DNA of 64,000 nt from Octopus bimaculoides (GCF_001194135.2 NC_068982.1:55470851-55534850), one strand, 5' to 3'; counted from the stretch's first letter, positions 1 to 13,897 are shown. Notes: generated by a model from the sequence alone, not told the origin. Translations and numbers: made by a program.

Positions 1-131
1 CCATCCCCTGCCGGAGCCTCGTGGAGCTTTAGGTGTTTTCGCTCAATAAACACTCACAACGCCCAGTCTGGGAATCGAAACCGCGATCCTATGACCGCGA
101 GTCCGCTGCCCTAACCACTGGGCCATTGCGT
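1..131 (-). mobile_element. 5' head of the same SINE family as 20953-21325
   Basis: Near-identical reverse complement of 20958-21070. Confidence 0.85.
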
Positions 132-1059
132 CTCCACAGTATACTAGTATACAACCATATAATCAGGAACACACACTCTCTCATTACAGAATATGAGCAA
201 ACCTCTTCTTCCCTGCACCTTCTTTACAAAGTACTTTCAATGTCTAACTTTTCTTCAAGCTCTTAAGTACTTGTTCTGTGCCATCCCATTTTCAAGTCTC
301 TCCAAGCATATTTCATATTTCCAGTTCTTCCAAACCTAATTCATGTACATGCAAGCATGCATGATTTTGCAAGTTGCACTGCTTTTATCTGAGATTGTGT
401 TGTTGTTGATGAAGATAATGATAATAATGTGATGCTGACAGTGACAAACAATGATGGCTGTGATAAGAAGAAGAATCTGAACACTTTCCAATAACAATAT
501 GCCAACAAGTTCTTCCTTCAGGTTCAAATTACTAAAAATGACTTTCAACTATGGAGAAACCTAAGTAGACAGGCACATTAACTTGTACTGATGACACCTA
601 AATAAACTTTTGCAAGTATATAAAGTTGTTTTGTAAGTAATGTGCAATTACTTAGCTGGTGAATTACATTAGGTTTCATAAAAAAAATCGTTTGTTAACA
701 TGCCAAACAAACACTAACATTGAATGCAAAGAATAAAAGAAAAGCATGATGGTATGCTTTCATATTATAGCAGGTCATCCTTATCATGACTTTACAATGT
801 GTACATAAGTTGAACAAGTCACTACAGCCCAACTCACATACAGTAACAGCAAAAAAAAAACAACTAAATTCGGTGTTCAGTTCATTATACTATACCATGT
901 GAGAATTAAAGAGTTACCCCACTACTTTGTACCTGTTCAAAGATAAGTAATCCGTGGTGTGGTTTGCAGAGTCCACATTTCACTTTTATGTTCCATTTTT
1001 TGGCATGTTTTCTACTGGAGAAACATTAAGGTCTTCACCAATGATGAGTAAGTCCTATA

Positions 1060-1670
1060 CTTGTCTCAAAGCTTAAACCATACTTGAAATTTGCATCACC
1101 AGTCTGGAACCCCTCTCTTGCTCAGGACATTGACTGCCTGGAAATTGTTCAGAGACATGCAACCAAGCGAATACCTTCCATCAGGCATCTACCATACTCT
1201 GAACACCTTGCTTCCCTGGACATAGATACATTGAAGCTCCGACGTCTGGCAACTGACTTGGTAAACATCCACAAAATTATTAACCATTGCGCCAACAACC
1301 ACCTTGGGGCTTCATGTGTCTAACACATGTGGGCATGCCTACAAAGTCAGAAAACAGCACAGCCCCCACGAGTTTCGGAAAAATTTTTTCACACTCAGAG
1401 TTACCGAAGTATGGAACAAACTACCTGCATCAGTTTTTAGTTGCCGAAACATTGCATCCTTTAAAACTTCCATGTTTCCTGAAATTCACCAACACTACAC
1501 CTGTTATCTCCCTCTCCATATGCATGTACACATGTATATCATGACTCATACACTGTTCACTTTACTGACTTTTGTACATAATTCTATGTACTGTACATGA
1601 ACTTCTGATGAGTTGTAGTGCACCTGAGCACTATACACAATAATTTCATTATTATTTATTATTATACATC
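1060..1670 (+). mobile_element. CR1/L2-like LINE 3' fragment
   Basis: FASPVWNP...LEIVQRHATK..LKLRRLATDL; GHAYK..RKNFFTLRVTEVWNKLP; 3' stem-loop and (ATT)n-like tail. Confidence 0.85.
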
Positions 1671-3392
1671 CTTCTGTTTATCTCAAAAATTACATATGCT
1701 GTTAAATGAATGTTCCTATCAGCCTTATAATTTCTGTCTTCTGTTCATATGATAAGTCATTCCCTTACATCTTGTGTGCAGATATAATTGTCTCTGTATA
1801 AATATATTATACATGTGTGGGTGGCAGGAGGGAGGGATGTGTATAGAAATATGTGAATGCACACACACACAATCATCTATATCTTGCATAATTCTTCTCG
1901 TTCACTTTTTCTCTAGCTTAAGTATGCATATAAAATATAAATCTTCATCTCGCTACTATTTATCTTCCAGTATATCTCAAGAGAAATATGACGCAGAGAT
2001 AATATGCTTAGAATGTATTACAAACAATTTAATGACAATAACATATATATAATCTACTAGTTGTATGTCAAGAAAGACTAACGTAGCTTATGGGATACAT
2101 ATATAGTATGAAATGGTGGTATCCCATTGTCTAGTTACTAAGGTGACTAAAATTACTAAGATTACATTACGGCCAACTATTTCTGTTAAGTGTTTTAGTT
2201 ATGAAACAAATAACATATGAAACTACCATAAATGAAAGTTTATCTCTGATGTGCATAAACACCCAACCCAACAAGCATCTGCATTATATTTCCTGCACAC
2301 ATGCACACTCACACACCTATGTGTGCATACATATTGTATGCACATGGGTCTTTGTGCATGTGAATGAATATTTATGTATTAGTTTCAAATTTTGGCACAA
2401 GGCCAGCAATTTTAGAGGAAATGGTTTAGTGAATTACATCGACCCTCACCTAGTGTCCAACTAGTACTTATTTTATCAATCCCAAAAGAGTGAAAGGCAA
2501 AGTTAATCTCAGTGGAATGTGAACTCAGAACATAAAAACGGACGAAATGCCACTAGACATGCTAACACTTCTGTCAGCTCACCACCTTGTATATTTATGG
2601 CTAGAAAGTATTACAAAACATATCATTCATCTTTTACTTGCTCCAGTCATTTGATTCTAGCCATGCTGGAGCACTGCCTGGAAATTTTAGTCAAATGTAT
2701 CGACCTCAGTACTTATTTTTTAAAAGCCGGGTACTTACTCTATTGGTGTCTTTTGCCAAACCACTAAGTTATGATGATGTAAACACACCAGCATGGGTTG
2801 TCATGTGGTGGTGGTGGAGGGGGGAGACAAATGCAGACACAAAGACACACACACATAGATATACATATATATACAATGGGCTAGTTTCAGTTTCTGTCTA
2901 ACAAATCCACTCAAAGGCTCAGGTCGACCCAAGACTATATAGTAGAAGACACTTGCCCAAGGTGCCATGCAGTGGGACTGAACCCAGAGCCATGTGGTTG
3001 GGAAGCAAGCTTCATATACACCTGCACAACTGTGTATTATGACAAACAGACAATACGTATATGCAAAATGTTTGTGGACACAAAAATAAGGATCAGCTGT
3101 ACAGACATGTTCTGATCTGATTTGGGCTCATTGTCAGCAGATGTAGTCCCCTCTTTAAAAATCCACAAATACAATACTTATAAACCCACATTGAATGGTG
3201 TAAAAGTAAACTGGATACATTAACTTGCATATTTGATCCTTTTTTGACAGCTTATTTGAACATAAAATTACAGGCATGTTAAATGTATTTTGTTTTCTTG
3301 CTATAATGTAAGTATGGAACATACACATTGATTTAATGCCAACACTGTGTGTTAAAAATGGTGCAGCTATAAGTATGAATGGTCAAATGGAG

Positions 3393-3435
<43 letters not shown>

Positions 3436-3468
3436 CACACACTCACATATATACATATATATATATAG

Positions 3469-3930
3469 CACCTGTGCCCAGCGTCGCCTTTCTGGTACTT
3501 GTGCCCGTGACATGTGTAAGGATTTTCAAGCGAGATCGTTGCCAGTGTCCCTGGACTGGCTCTTGTGCGGGTGGCACATAAAATACATCATCTTGAGCAT
3601 GGCCGTTGCCAGTACCGCCTGACTGGCCTTCGTAGGATTTTCGAGCAAGATCGTTGCCAGTTCCCCTGGACTGGCTCTTGTGCAGGTGGCACATAAAATA
3701 CACCATTTTGAGCATGGCCGTTGCCGGTACCGCCTGACTGGCCTTCGTGCGGGTGACACGTGAAAGCACCCACTACACTCTCTAAGTGGTTAGCGTTAGG
3801 AAGGGCATCCAGCTGTAGAAACTCTGCCAAATCAGATTGGAGCCTGGTGTTGCCATCCGGTTTCACCAGTCCTCAGTCAAATCATCCAACCCATGCTAGC
3901 ATGGAAAGCGGACGTTAAACGATGATGATG

Positions 3931-3932
<2 letters not shown>
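3469..3932 (+). mobile_element. 3' UTR copy of the RTE-X family with internal tandem duplication and (GAT)n tail
   Basis: GTTAGGAAGGGCATCCAGCTGTAGAAAC...CCAACCCATGCTAGCATGGAAAGCGGACGTTAAACGATGATGATG matches the end of the 54547-56950 element. Confidence 0.8.
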
Positions 3933-3961
<29 letters not shown>

Positions 3962-4164
3962 TGGCAAAGGGTAACTTGGAAACAAGAGCATGCAGGCCAA
4001 TCACAAAGGCAGAGAGAGAGTTGGGCAGTGGAGCCTTACTCTCCCTTTAGTGTTAAAAGTCAATCAGAGTTCTCATGGCATTCGAAGAGAACTCACCCCA
4101 ACTCTTGCCAAGCAAAAGCAAATCAACGAGAAACTTTTAATGAGAGCAATCACTATTAAGTTTG

Positions 4165-4420
4165 CCCATATATCCTAGTCACTCTACTAGTGAGGATTTA
4201 CATATGTATTCGTGTTCAGCCTTCCATTAAATAAATCTTAAGCTAAATATTTGTGATTTTTGCTTATTTACATTTGGCAGATATTTGTCATCTTGTTTGT
4301 TGTTAACATGTTTTGGCTGATATACCCTCCAGCCTTCATCAGGTATCTTGGGGAAATTTTAAACTTGGGTTCTCATTCCTAAGATATATGTTATTATTAT
4401 TATTCAGGTCACTGCCTGGA
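4165..4420 (-). mobile_element. Short repeat carrying a hammerhead-ribozyme-like motif
   Basis: Minus strand CCTGATGAAGGCTG-GAGGGTATAT-CAGCC-AAAAC. Confidence 0.6.
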
Positions 4421-6327
4421 ATTGAATTTTGGTGAACAAAGTCGACACTTATTGAGTTGAATAATTCCAGTGTGTCTCAGGTAACTTTGGAAATAGTCTT
4501 CCAATGATTTCATCCAGTAGATTCAAGACATCAGCTTTGAGAAAGACCTTTAAAGTTTGGAAGAAAATTCAACATTCATGAATATTTGAAGCTGATTCCA
4601 AGCATCACTACGTTTCCTTTTCTTCTATTGATTATTAGCAGTTGATGTATTCATCTCACATGAACAAATGATATTCCCAATTTCATTGCACAAAGCCTCT
4701 TAAATTGCTTCATTTCAATCATTCAAGTAGAAGCATTATCTATTCTCTAACTTTTTTCAATGCAGTGGATTTAGCTAACTAACTAGCAAAGAATTAAGTT
4801 ATTCATTTGTTTTTATTCATCATTTTTATTTATGCTTTCTGTTATGTTTCCTCCATGTATAAGCAGCATAAAATACATGTTTGTCACACAATGTAAGAAC
4901 ACATGACTGCAAGTTTGTCTGATGAATTGCTATTCCAATATAATCAACTACACATATTGCAGAAATGCACATCAAGCATTCTCACCAGCTATTGCTTGAA
5001 CTCTTTTCATTGGCCTCCAATATATGTTGTGTTTTTAAATACAGCAAGGCCTATTATCTTCAAACGAATACTGCAGTAAATTACTTTCCATGATATATTT
5101 ACATTAACCCCAGAGCATTTAATCCGGCAACATTCAGCCCAAATGTCCAAACTGGCCAGATCCCACTTCTCACACCTACTTTACAATGTCATTCTAAAAA
5201 TAAACAATCAAGTCATCAAAATCTTCAAGCTACAAGATAATGCATGATTAACTCAAAACAATGTGTGTGTGAGGATAAATGGCCTAGTGGTTAAAGCGTT
5301 GCATTCATGATCACAAGATTGTGGGTTCAATTCTTATATCAGCCAGTGTACTGTGTCCTTGAGCAAAACACTTCAACTCGCATTGCTTTGTGATCACTTC
5401 AACATTTGACATGTGGCACACCATGTGCTTGTACATGCAATATCAATTTGATGGAAGGAGTGAACTAATGTACAGCACAGACATTTAATCACTATAAGCA
5501 AATCTTATTAATGACTTGTACGGATACGGTATTTCGTTATACAACCATAATATATTACAAAGTATTTAAAACATTTTTATAAGTCAATACCATGTTCTAC
5601 TGTGTTAGCAGTGTTCTTACACTACTTCTTAAGGTTATCTCTACAGATTTTCTATAGAAATTATAGCCAGCACAGATTTTGTTACAATGCTTCATATCTG
5701 AGACATCAGATATAAATAAACAATGAGATCGAAGATAAAAAATGGGTAATGGGTGTACATGCCATATTTCAGGAGTTTTTACTCCTTCGTCAGCACCCAT
5801 TTCAACCCCTTGATCATCCACGAACACATTGCTTAAATAGCCAGTAAACATAGCGATATAACGTTATCGGATATACCAGTTTTACATATTAAACACATTC
5901 CTGGAAGCTGGTATATAAATATTAATGACTTGTAGGGACACCCTATTTTGTTAATCATAAAATACTTCAAAGTATATTAAATGTGTTCCTTAACAAGCGA
6001 TATTAACAAATCATATATGTATGTTGTTTAGCAAGAAATTGTAGAACTGGTTTTTTCTTGAGAGATTACCATTATCATCATTTAATGTCTGTTTTCCATG
6101 CATGTATGTGTTGGACTATACACACACACATATATAATGAAAGGCTTCTTTTAGTTTCTGTGTATTGAATCCACTCACAAGGTTTTGGTTGGTTCAAGGC
6201 CATAGAAGAAGACATTTGCCCAAGGTGACACATAGTAGGACTGAACTCAAAACATGGTTGGGAAGAAAGTTTCTCAACCACACAGCCATACCTGTACCAA
6301 CATATGTATGTGTGTGTATGTGTAATA

Positions 6328-6862
6328 TTCATAGCCACTTCAACATGGCTGTCTGTTCGAACGGACTCTACTGCGATTTTTAACCCCAAGAGGACATCTC
6401 CTCCAGCTGGTTAATGATGCAGAGCTGCATCCGATAAATTGCGAGCAGGGGAGCAAACTCCTACCACCTTCTAGAAACAGAACCAGTAGACCAGTCCTGG
6501 TTTCGGGCTTTTACTTGTCAGTACAACTACTTTGTTGATCTTTTAGAGATATTTTAGAACTAGCATTTTCGCTTGTTGCAAAATCAGACACTGTGTTTGC
6601 TTGAAATATATATATATTGCAAGCAGAGGCAAGCTACTGCCATCTCTAGCAGATGAGGTATCCAGTACTGAAGAATAGCAGAAATAGCCTGAAACCAGGA
6701 CTGGTCTGCTGGTCCCATTGCTAGACGGTGGTACGAGTTCACTCCTTTGCTCACAATTTATTGGATGCAGCACTGCATTGTTAACCAGATAGAAGAAACA
6801 GGGTTAAAAATATCACAGAAGAGTCCATTCAAACATACAGCCACATTGAAGTGGCTACATAT
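6328..6862. mobile_element. MITE-like inverted repeat (~180-bp arms)
   Basis: TAGCCACTTCAA..GGCTGT termini; CCAGTCCTGGTTTC vs GAAACCAGGACTGG inner ends. Confidence 0.75.
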
Positions 6863-6924
6863 ATTACTTGTCAGTACAACTACTGCATTGATCTCAGAGA
6901 GATTTTAGAACTAACATTTTTGCT

Positions 6925-6955
<31 letters not shown>

Positions 6956-7434
6956 TGCTCTTGCATCAAAGATGACATACAAGTGTTCAGTTTTTGCCAA
7001 ACTGCTTGCACAAATGATTTGTTTATAACAATTAAATGCTTGTGTTGCACACTAGCTCACTCCCTCCATCAAATCAACATTGTCTGAACAGGTACACCAT
7101 GTACTTACGCATCAGGTGTCAAAGTGATTGCAGAGCAACATCAGATGAAGTGTTTTGCTCAAAAATGCAACACACCAACCAGTCTAGGAACTGAAAGCAC
7201 AATCGCTTGATCATGAGTTCAACAACCTAACCACTAGGCCATGTGCCCTCACCTATATATAGGTGATTATTTACCATATTTACCAGTATAAATGTATTTT
7301 TAAATGTATTAAAAACTTGCCCTATGTCTAATGTGGTCATATTACAGTTAGGTGACAAAGTGTTATAGGCTAGAGAGTTAAGTAAGCATAAATCTGCTTG
7401 GCCATTAATTGTTAATGATAACAAAACATTGGTT

Positions 7435-7877
7435 TGAAATTTGATACAAAGCCAGCAATTTCAGGGGAGTAAGCCAATTACATCAACCACAATGTTCAAC
7501 TGGGACTCATTTTATCAACGCCAAAAGGATGAAAGGCAAAGTTGACCTCGGCAGAATTAGAACTCAGAATGTAAAGACAAGACAAATGCTGCTAAGCATT
7601 TTGCCCAGCGTGCTAATGATTCTACCAGCTCGCCACCTTCATTAATAATAGAATATCAATTTCAAATTTTGGCACAAAGCCAGCAACTTTGGGTGAGGGG
7701 GTAAACTGATTATATCGACCCCACCGATATTTAGCTAGTACTTATTTTATCAACCCCGAAAGGATGAAAGGTTAAGTTGGCCTCGGTGGAGTTTGAACTC
7801 AGAATGTGAAGACAGACAAAATGCTGCTAAGCATTTTGCCCAGTGTATTTAATGATTCTGCCAGTTCCCCGCCTTCA
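7435..7877 (-). mobile_element. Two tandem copies of a SINE (other copies 2388-2592, 11880-12005, 54122-54295)
   Basis: Repeated GCCAGCAA..TTATCAAC.CC.AAAGGATGAAAGG..GAACTCAGAATGT.AAGACA..AAATGCTGCTAAGCATTTTGCCCAG. Confidence 0.85.
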
Positions 7878-10692
7878 TTAATAAAATATTGAAAACAAAC
7901 TAAAATATCAGTCTGTTGACACAAACTCACAGAGAATTACTTGCAGAATGTTAGTTATATGGAAAATTCACATGATCTCATTATACTTGCTTCCCTAGCA
8001 TGCATAACCCACACCTGAAGTGTGTCTTATATTATTTAACGAATGTGTTACCTTTAAGAAACATTTTTTGATTACCTAAATTCTCCTACAAAGGTAAAAG
8101 TTATGTTAAACTTTCTTATGGATGACAATAAAACTGTAGTGGTATTGTGCCAGTCTGGTGGCCTATTGCAGTAAACAAAAAAACATCACAGCTAGAAATA
8201 TTAGTTTTACATTTTATTGCAGAAATTTATTTGATCAAAATAAAAACAACTTAATTTGAAAGAATATAAAGTAGTTCATGACAAATTTATGGTTTCATGC
8301 TTTAATCCAATATACTGTCACAGTATTTTATTTACATACACAGCACTCATGCGGTTTCAGCATTTAAACCTGCTATATCCAGCCAAAATATTCTGCCTAC
8401 TTTATGTTCAAACTGTCCAGATCTTGCCTCTCACACCTACCCTACAATGTCATTCTACAAATAAACAATGACATCATGAAAATTTTGATGCTACAAGACA
8501 ATTCGTTATTAATTCAAAAAAATTTTAATAAATAAGCATGACATTTGACAAAATCTAAATGCTAAATGGCTAGAATGTCTTTCAGTAGGTGTATGGTGAA
8601 ACATACTAAATTTGTTTTTTACCCACAAATTATACTTACAAAATAGAGGTGTATCTTATAGAGTGCATCTTACAGTATTTACAGATTTCTTTTTGTTTTT
8701 CTCCATTTTCTAACTTTTTATTTTTCACTGACATCAGGCTGCAGCCATACTGGAGTACTGTCTTGAAGAATTTTCGTCAAATGAATCAACCCCAGTACTT
8801 TTTTTTTTTAAAGCCTAATACTTATTCTGTTAGTGTAATTTGCAAAACCACTAAGTTACGGGGATGTAAACACCAAGACTGGTTGTCAAGCGGTAAGGGG
8901 AGTGGGGGACAAGCAAAGACACAAAAACACACACACACACAGATATATACATATATATGACAGGGATTTTCAGTTTCTATCTACCAGATACACTCACAAG
9001 GCTCTGGTTGGCCCAAGGCTATAATAGAAGGCACTTGCCCAAGTTGCCATGCAGTGGGATGGAACCCATAACCATGAGGTTGGGAAGCAAGCTTCTTGCC
9101 ACACAGCCACTCCTGTGCCTTTACTGTTTACTTTTGCAAATTATTTTACTTTTCACTGAATTATTGAAATTACAGGCTGCTCAATGTAGTCAAGTTTCTT
9201 GAAACCCAACAAAAAGTATTTGTCAATTACAAATTTGGTCATTACCTACACAAATATACCCCACCAACTTTGTTTCCTCATAACTTTCAGAAAATGGGTC
9301 TTTTTTAATGAAATTTATGTAATATGAAAAAAAAAAAAAAAGACTGGTAAACTGGTGGACACATACACATATTAACACATTACATACATATATCTACAAA
9401 GTGAAACTTAAAATTTTGAAACAATTATAATATGTCAGTATGTATATATGCACGCTCACCAACTCTTTTTACAATAAATTTCAATATAATTATAACCTAC
9501 ACAAGCTATTTATAGACAAGTTCATTAAAAACACTCATATTCTAAAAGTTATGAGGCAACTCATGTAAATAATCCGAAACTCCTCTTTCCACACCCACTC
9601 TGAAAACTTCTTTCGCAGCTAATTATGTTTTTCTTAAAGTTATGAGGAAACAAAGTCAACTCATGTGAATTACCCAAAACTACTCTTCTCTACTCCAATT
9701 TTTTTTTTTTTCACATCAAATTCTAATATAATCGTAATCTACATCATGTGAAACGCATTTGTAGAAAATTCTATTGAAAAATATCCATTTTCCCAAAAGT
9801 TATGAGGAAACAGTTATACTGAGACAACTGTGTAGGTGCGCGGGTGCATTTACAAATCGCAACTACATTTCGCTACTATCAATTCAGAAACTGCATTAAT
9901 TCAAAGAAGTACTAAAAAACAAACGTCTTAATTAGAATGCAACTGATTATTTCAATGTAATGTGGCTGGACTATTAACCAAAAAAATGAAAGTCAATCCT
10001 TCAGTGTTGGTATACAGAATGCCAATATAATGGACAATGTCAATCCCCATCGTTCTCAGCCTAGTTCTTCATCTATGGTCATGAGTGAAGGTTATGTGGG
10101 TGACTGATGTTTAGCAATACCGAAGAGGTGCAAAAAAAAAAAAAAAAAGGCCGTGGTGGTTGTTCAGCATGTGGTTAAGAGGCTTGCTTCCCAGCCATGT
10201 GGTCTTAGGTTCAGTTCCACTGTACAGCAACTTGGGCAAGTGTTTTCTATTATAGACCTAGGCTGACTAAAGCCCCAAATGAATCTGGGAGACAGAAACT
10301 GAAAGAATTTCGACATATGTGTGCACGTACATATTTGTGTTCCCCCACCACCACTTGACAACCGTTGCTGGTTTGTTTACATCCCCATAAAAAAAGAGAC
10401 CGATAGAATAAGTACCAAGGGTTAATTACTACTTTAACATCTCACCACAAAAACAAAAAACAAACAAGTGTAATAGGTATTAAAAAATATGTATTAAATG
10501 AACATGAAAACAAAAATTTGCGCCAATGAACTGGGTGGTGGGGAAAGGACTTTTGGAAGATTTTTTNNNNNNNNNNNNNNNNNNNNNNNNNNNNNNNNNN
10601 NNNNNNNNNNNNNNNNNNNNNNNNNNNNNNNNNNNNNNNNNNNNNNNNNNNNNNNNNNNNNNNNNNGTGTGTGTGTGTGTGTGTGTGATGTA

Positions 10693-11210
10693 TATACGCA
10701 CCAAATAAATAAGCGGAAGAAAAATATTGGTTGATATGGTCTTTATTTTATCGTTGCAATGTAAGATACAATTTCATCGAGTTGTTGTAGACAGATTATT
10801 TGCAATCTTGTCATCCATTCTGTAGGTGAGCGACTGCTAGAAGATAGATGGAAGAAGAAATGAGAAAAAGTAAAAGAATTTACCTCTCTGTGTTGACAAG
10901 CATAGAGGGTGAAATTTGTGTAGTCTCTCACATGAGGGACTTCATCCGCGGGCTTAATGAAAAGAGGAAGAACTGAATTTGGGTACATGTTGGGAGGCTG
11001 AATGTAGGGCAGAGTACAATTAAAGTAATAAGTTTATCACTCTTAAACTGTATTTAACCCAAAAATGTTCACTTAAACAATAAAATTTAACTAAGTTGAC
11101 CCCCTCTCCATAAATTTCTAAGTACTAATATCGAGAACAATAGGTAGAAAGTCGTAGAAAAATCTAGGTTAAGATTTCTTGGCTTAGAATCTAGTAAGCT
11201 ATTCGCTACA
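10693..11210 (+). repeat. Diverged duplicated block, copy 1 (copy 2 at ~48363-48888)
   Basis: Shared anchors GCACCAAATAAAT, CTTTATTTTA.CGTT.CAAT.TAAGA, GACTGCTAGAAGA..GATGGAAGAAG, AACTGAATTTGG, CATAAATTTCT.AGT.CTAAT, TAGAAAAATCTAG. Confidence 0.75.
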
Positions 11211-11409
11211 CACACGCGCGCGCGCGCGCGCGAAAATTAAGATAAACATAAGTATAAATTATTAGCTCCTACGTACGTGTCGCTATTGCAGTTATTTGGA
11301 ATGCTCTAAGTGCATTTGAATGCACTGGATCATCAGGGAAACACTTTATTACATTCTGTTACAGAGATCTTATATACATACATACATACACACAGACAGA
11401 CAGACAGAC

Positions 11410-11700
11410 ATGGCTTAGTGGTTAGGGTGTTGCACTCACGATTGCGAGATCGTCGGTTCGATTCCCAGAGTGGGCGTTGCGTTGTGTTCTTGAACAAAGC
11501 ACTTCATTTCACGTTGCTCTGCGATCATTTTGACATCTGACATGTGGTACCCATTGCAGCTGTACAGGTAATGTCGATCTGATGGAGGGAGCGAGCTTAT
11601 GTCTACACAAACATTTGGTCACTATAAACAAATCATCTGAGTGGTGTTCGGTAAGAAATTGTCGGATCCTCATGTTTCGTCTAATGACGGGGGAGTCCAT
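11410..11700 (+). mobile_element. tRNA-derived SINE family (other copies 5279-5510 +, 6990-7245 -)
   Basis: TGGCTTAGTGG / GGTTCGATTCCC boxes; GCGATCA.TT.GACAT.TGACATGTGG body shared among copies. Confidence 0.8.
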
Positions 11701-11720
11701 CATATGTTTGTGCGTTTGTG

Positions 11721-11758
<38 letters not shown>

Positions 11759-12517
11759 CGTGCGCGCGTGTTAAACTATTACGGCGAAGACTCGCAATGA
11801 AAAGCGAATGCTTTCGCTTTAAATGCTATGTATTCACAAGCAGATACCTCTCAGCCTTCTCACTAGGGAAACATTCATGATACAATCCGAAAGAATGAAA
11901 GGTGAGGTTGACTACGGTAGGATCTGAACGCAGAGTGCAGAGATCGCGAACAAATCTCTTGATGCATTCAATCTGACGGTCTAAACGGTTCTGTCACTCG
12001 ATTACCTTATGTATATATGTATGTATGTACGTACGTACGTACGTACGTACGTACGTACGTATGTATGTACACACTTTGTCATAATTTTTAGTTTATTTTT
12101 GTCCAGTCACCTTCCTGATAGCAAGGTTGTAAAGAAAAGGAAATTATCATCATCTCTTGTGTCTTGATCATCCTTTGAATCGTAAGAACATTTTACTAAT
12201 TTTGATGGTTCCAGATATACGGCCATTTGTAGTTTATGAATTAAAGAGCTACGTTCTTTCTCCATAAATCCAAGTTAAGTTTTGCTTTGGTGCAGGCGGG
12301 TTGGTATATAGTCTGTAGCTTCAACAATAACGGGTAGGAATCTGAACGTGTATCTAGGATATTGGATCAGCAAATTTCTCATTACTGGCCCATAGGTATC
12401 TATCTTCCTTCTCTTCTATTTTCTTGCCACAGTAACTTCAAGTGAACAGCTGTACTTTAATTTGGTAGGAGTTTTTATTTTTATGTATGTATGTATGTAT
12501 GTATGTATGTATGTATG

Positions 12518-12548
<31 letters not shown>

Positions 12549-13595
12549 GTATGTATATATGTATGCATGTATGTATGTCATCAGTTTTATTTCAAGATTT
12601 CTTACCAATAGAGACCCGGTTTCTAACCTAGATCCAAGGCTCCTTCATTGGAATTTCAACAATATCAACAGGATATTTTCATAAGTATGTATGTATACGT
12701 GCAGATTTGTATGTTTTGTTTTATGCGTGTCTTCGCATGCATATACTTGCATATCTAGACATGCTCACATATACTTAAAGGATAAACTTCTGGAAAGTTT
12801 TACAGGTTTTTACAGATCCATCTCTTTTCTGATTCTGAAAAGCCTAATTTCTCAAGATTAGTATTTAGACAGTATGTTACATATCCCAGTGCCCCAGTAA
12901 TTACAGGTATAAACCTGAACTTGTAATTTGGATAGAGTAACTGCAGATTTCTCAGTAGTTCAGGCTCTCGAACCAGAGCTCCACAACTGGATGCAGTTTA
13001 AAATCATACTGAAGTCTACTCTGACCCACAGTAGTAGAATCCCAGCTATTGGTTACTTAGCACGTAAACCAATGAGAATGAAAGACCCCTACTCCTCGTT
13101 AGAACTTCCTTCTAGAAGGTAAATTTGTATAAAAATCCCCGAAGAGCAGTTGGCTTCTAGTCATCCCAACTGCTGTTGTGTTACTGGTTTCATAGCGTAT
13201 AGTGCAAAAAGCTGGCCCCAGTGCTGTGCAACACTTTATCCACTCAAAACAAATCCATGCGCACAGGAATTTCTTGGACTCTCGGAACGTTTGCACAAAC
13301 TTACTGAGTTTAGGAAGTGGCCTTACTCGGACGCGAATCGACTTCTATCATGTATGTATGTATGTATGTATGTATATATGTATGTATGTATGTGTGTGTG
13401 TGTATATGCATATACAGTGATACCTCGTTGTACGAGGACCCGCTTTACGAGACACAGATTTACGAGTTTTCTCTTTACGAGCGTTCTCCAGGAACGAATT
13501 AAATGGAATATCGGGGCATTACTGTATGTTCTTATGTATATATATATGTACAGAGGTAAGAATAAAAACGTGTGCATATAAATATGTATGTGTGT

Positions 13596-13897
13596 GAAGG
13601 TGCGTGGTTTAGTGGTTAGGCTATTCAGCTGACGATCGTATAAGGTCGTGATTTCAATTCCATGCAACTCGTGTCCTTGAGCAAGACACTTTACTCCACG
13701 TTGCTTCAGTCCACTCAGCTGATAAAAATGAGTTCTACATGTATTTCATTCTGTGCCATGCTAAATCTCTCTGAGAACTACGTTAAGGCTACGCATGTCT
13801 GTGGAGTGCTCAGCCACTTGCACGTTAATTTCATGAGCAGGCTGTTCCGTTGATCAGATCAACTGGAACACCCGTCGTCGTAACCAACAGAGTACCA
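13596..13897 (+). mobile_element. tRNA-derived SINE sharing its 3' tail with 20953-21325 but with a different core
   Basis: TGGTTTAGTGG head; TGTCCTTGAGCAAGACACTT core; shared GTCTGTGGAGTGCTCAGCCACTTGCACGTTAATTTC tail. Confidence 0.75.

Noticed and set aside
190-590. Possible coding exon(s) (ORFs 33-266 and 336-548)
   Set aside because: All frames hit stops quickly, no recognisable motif, no consistent splice pair.
4440-5100. Possible decayed transposase; EALCNEI also appears in the R4 fragment at ~17550
   Set aside because: Flanking residues do not align and there are many stops, so the match is probably coincidental.
11295-11340. CTGATGA followed by a hairpin on the minus strand
   Set aside because: No GAAA after the stem and no convincing stems I/III.
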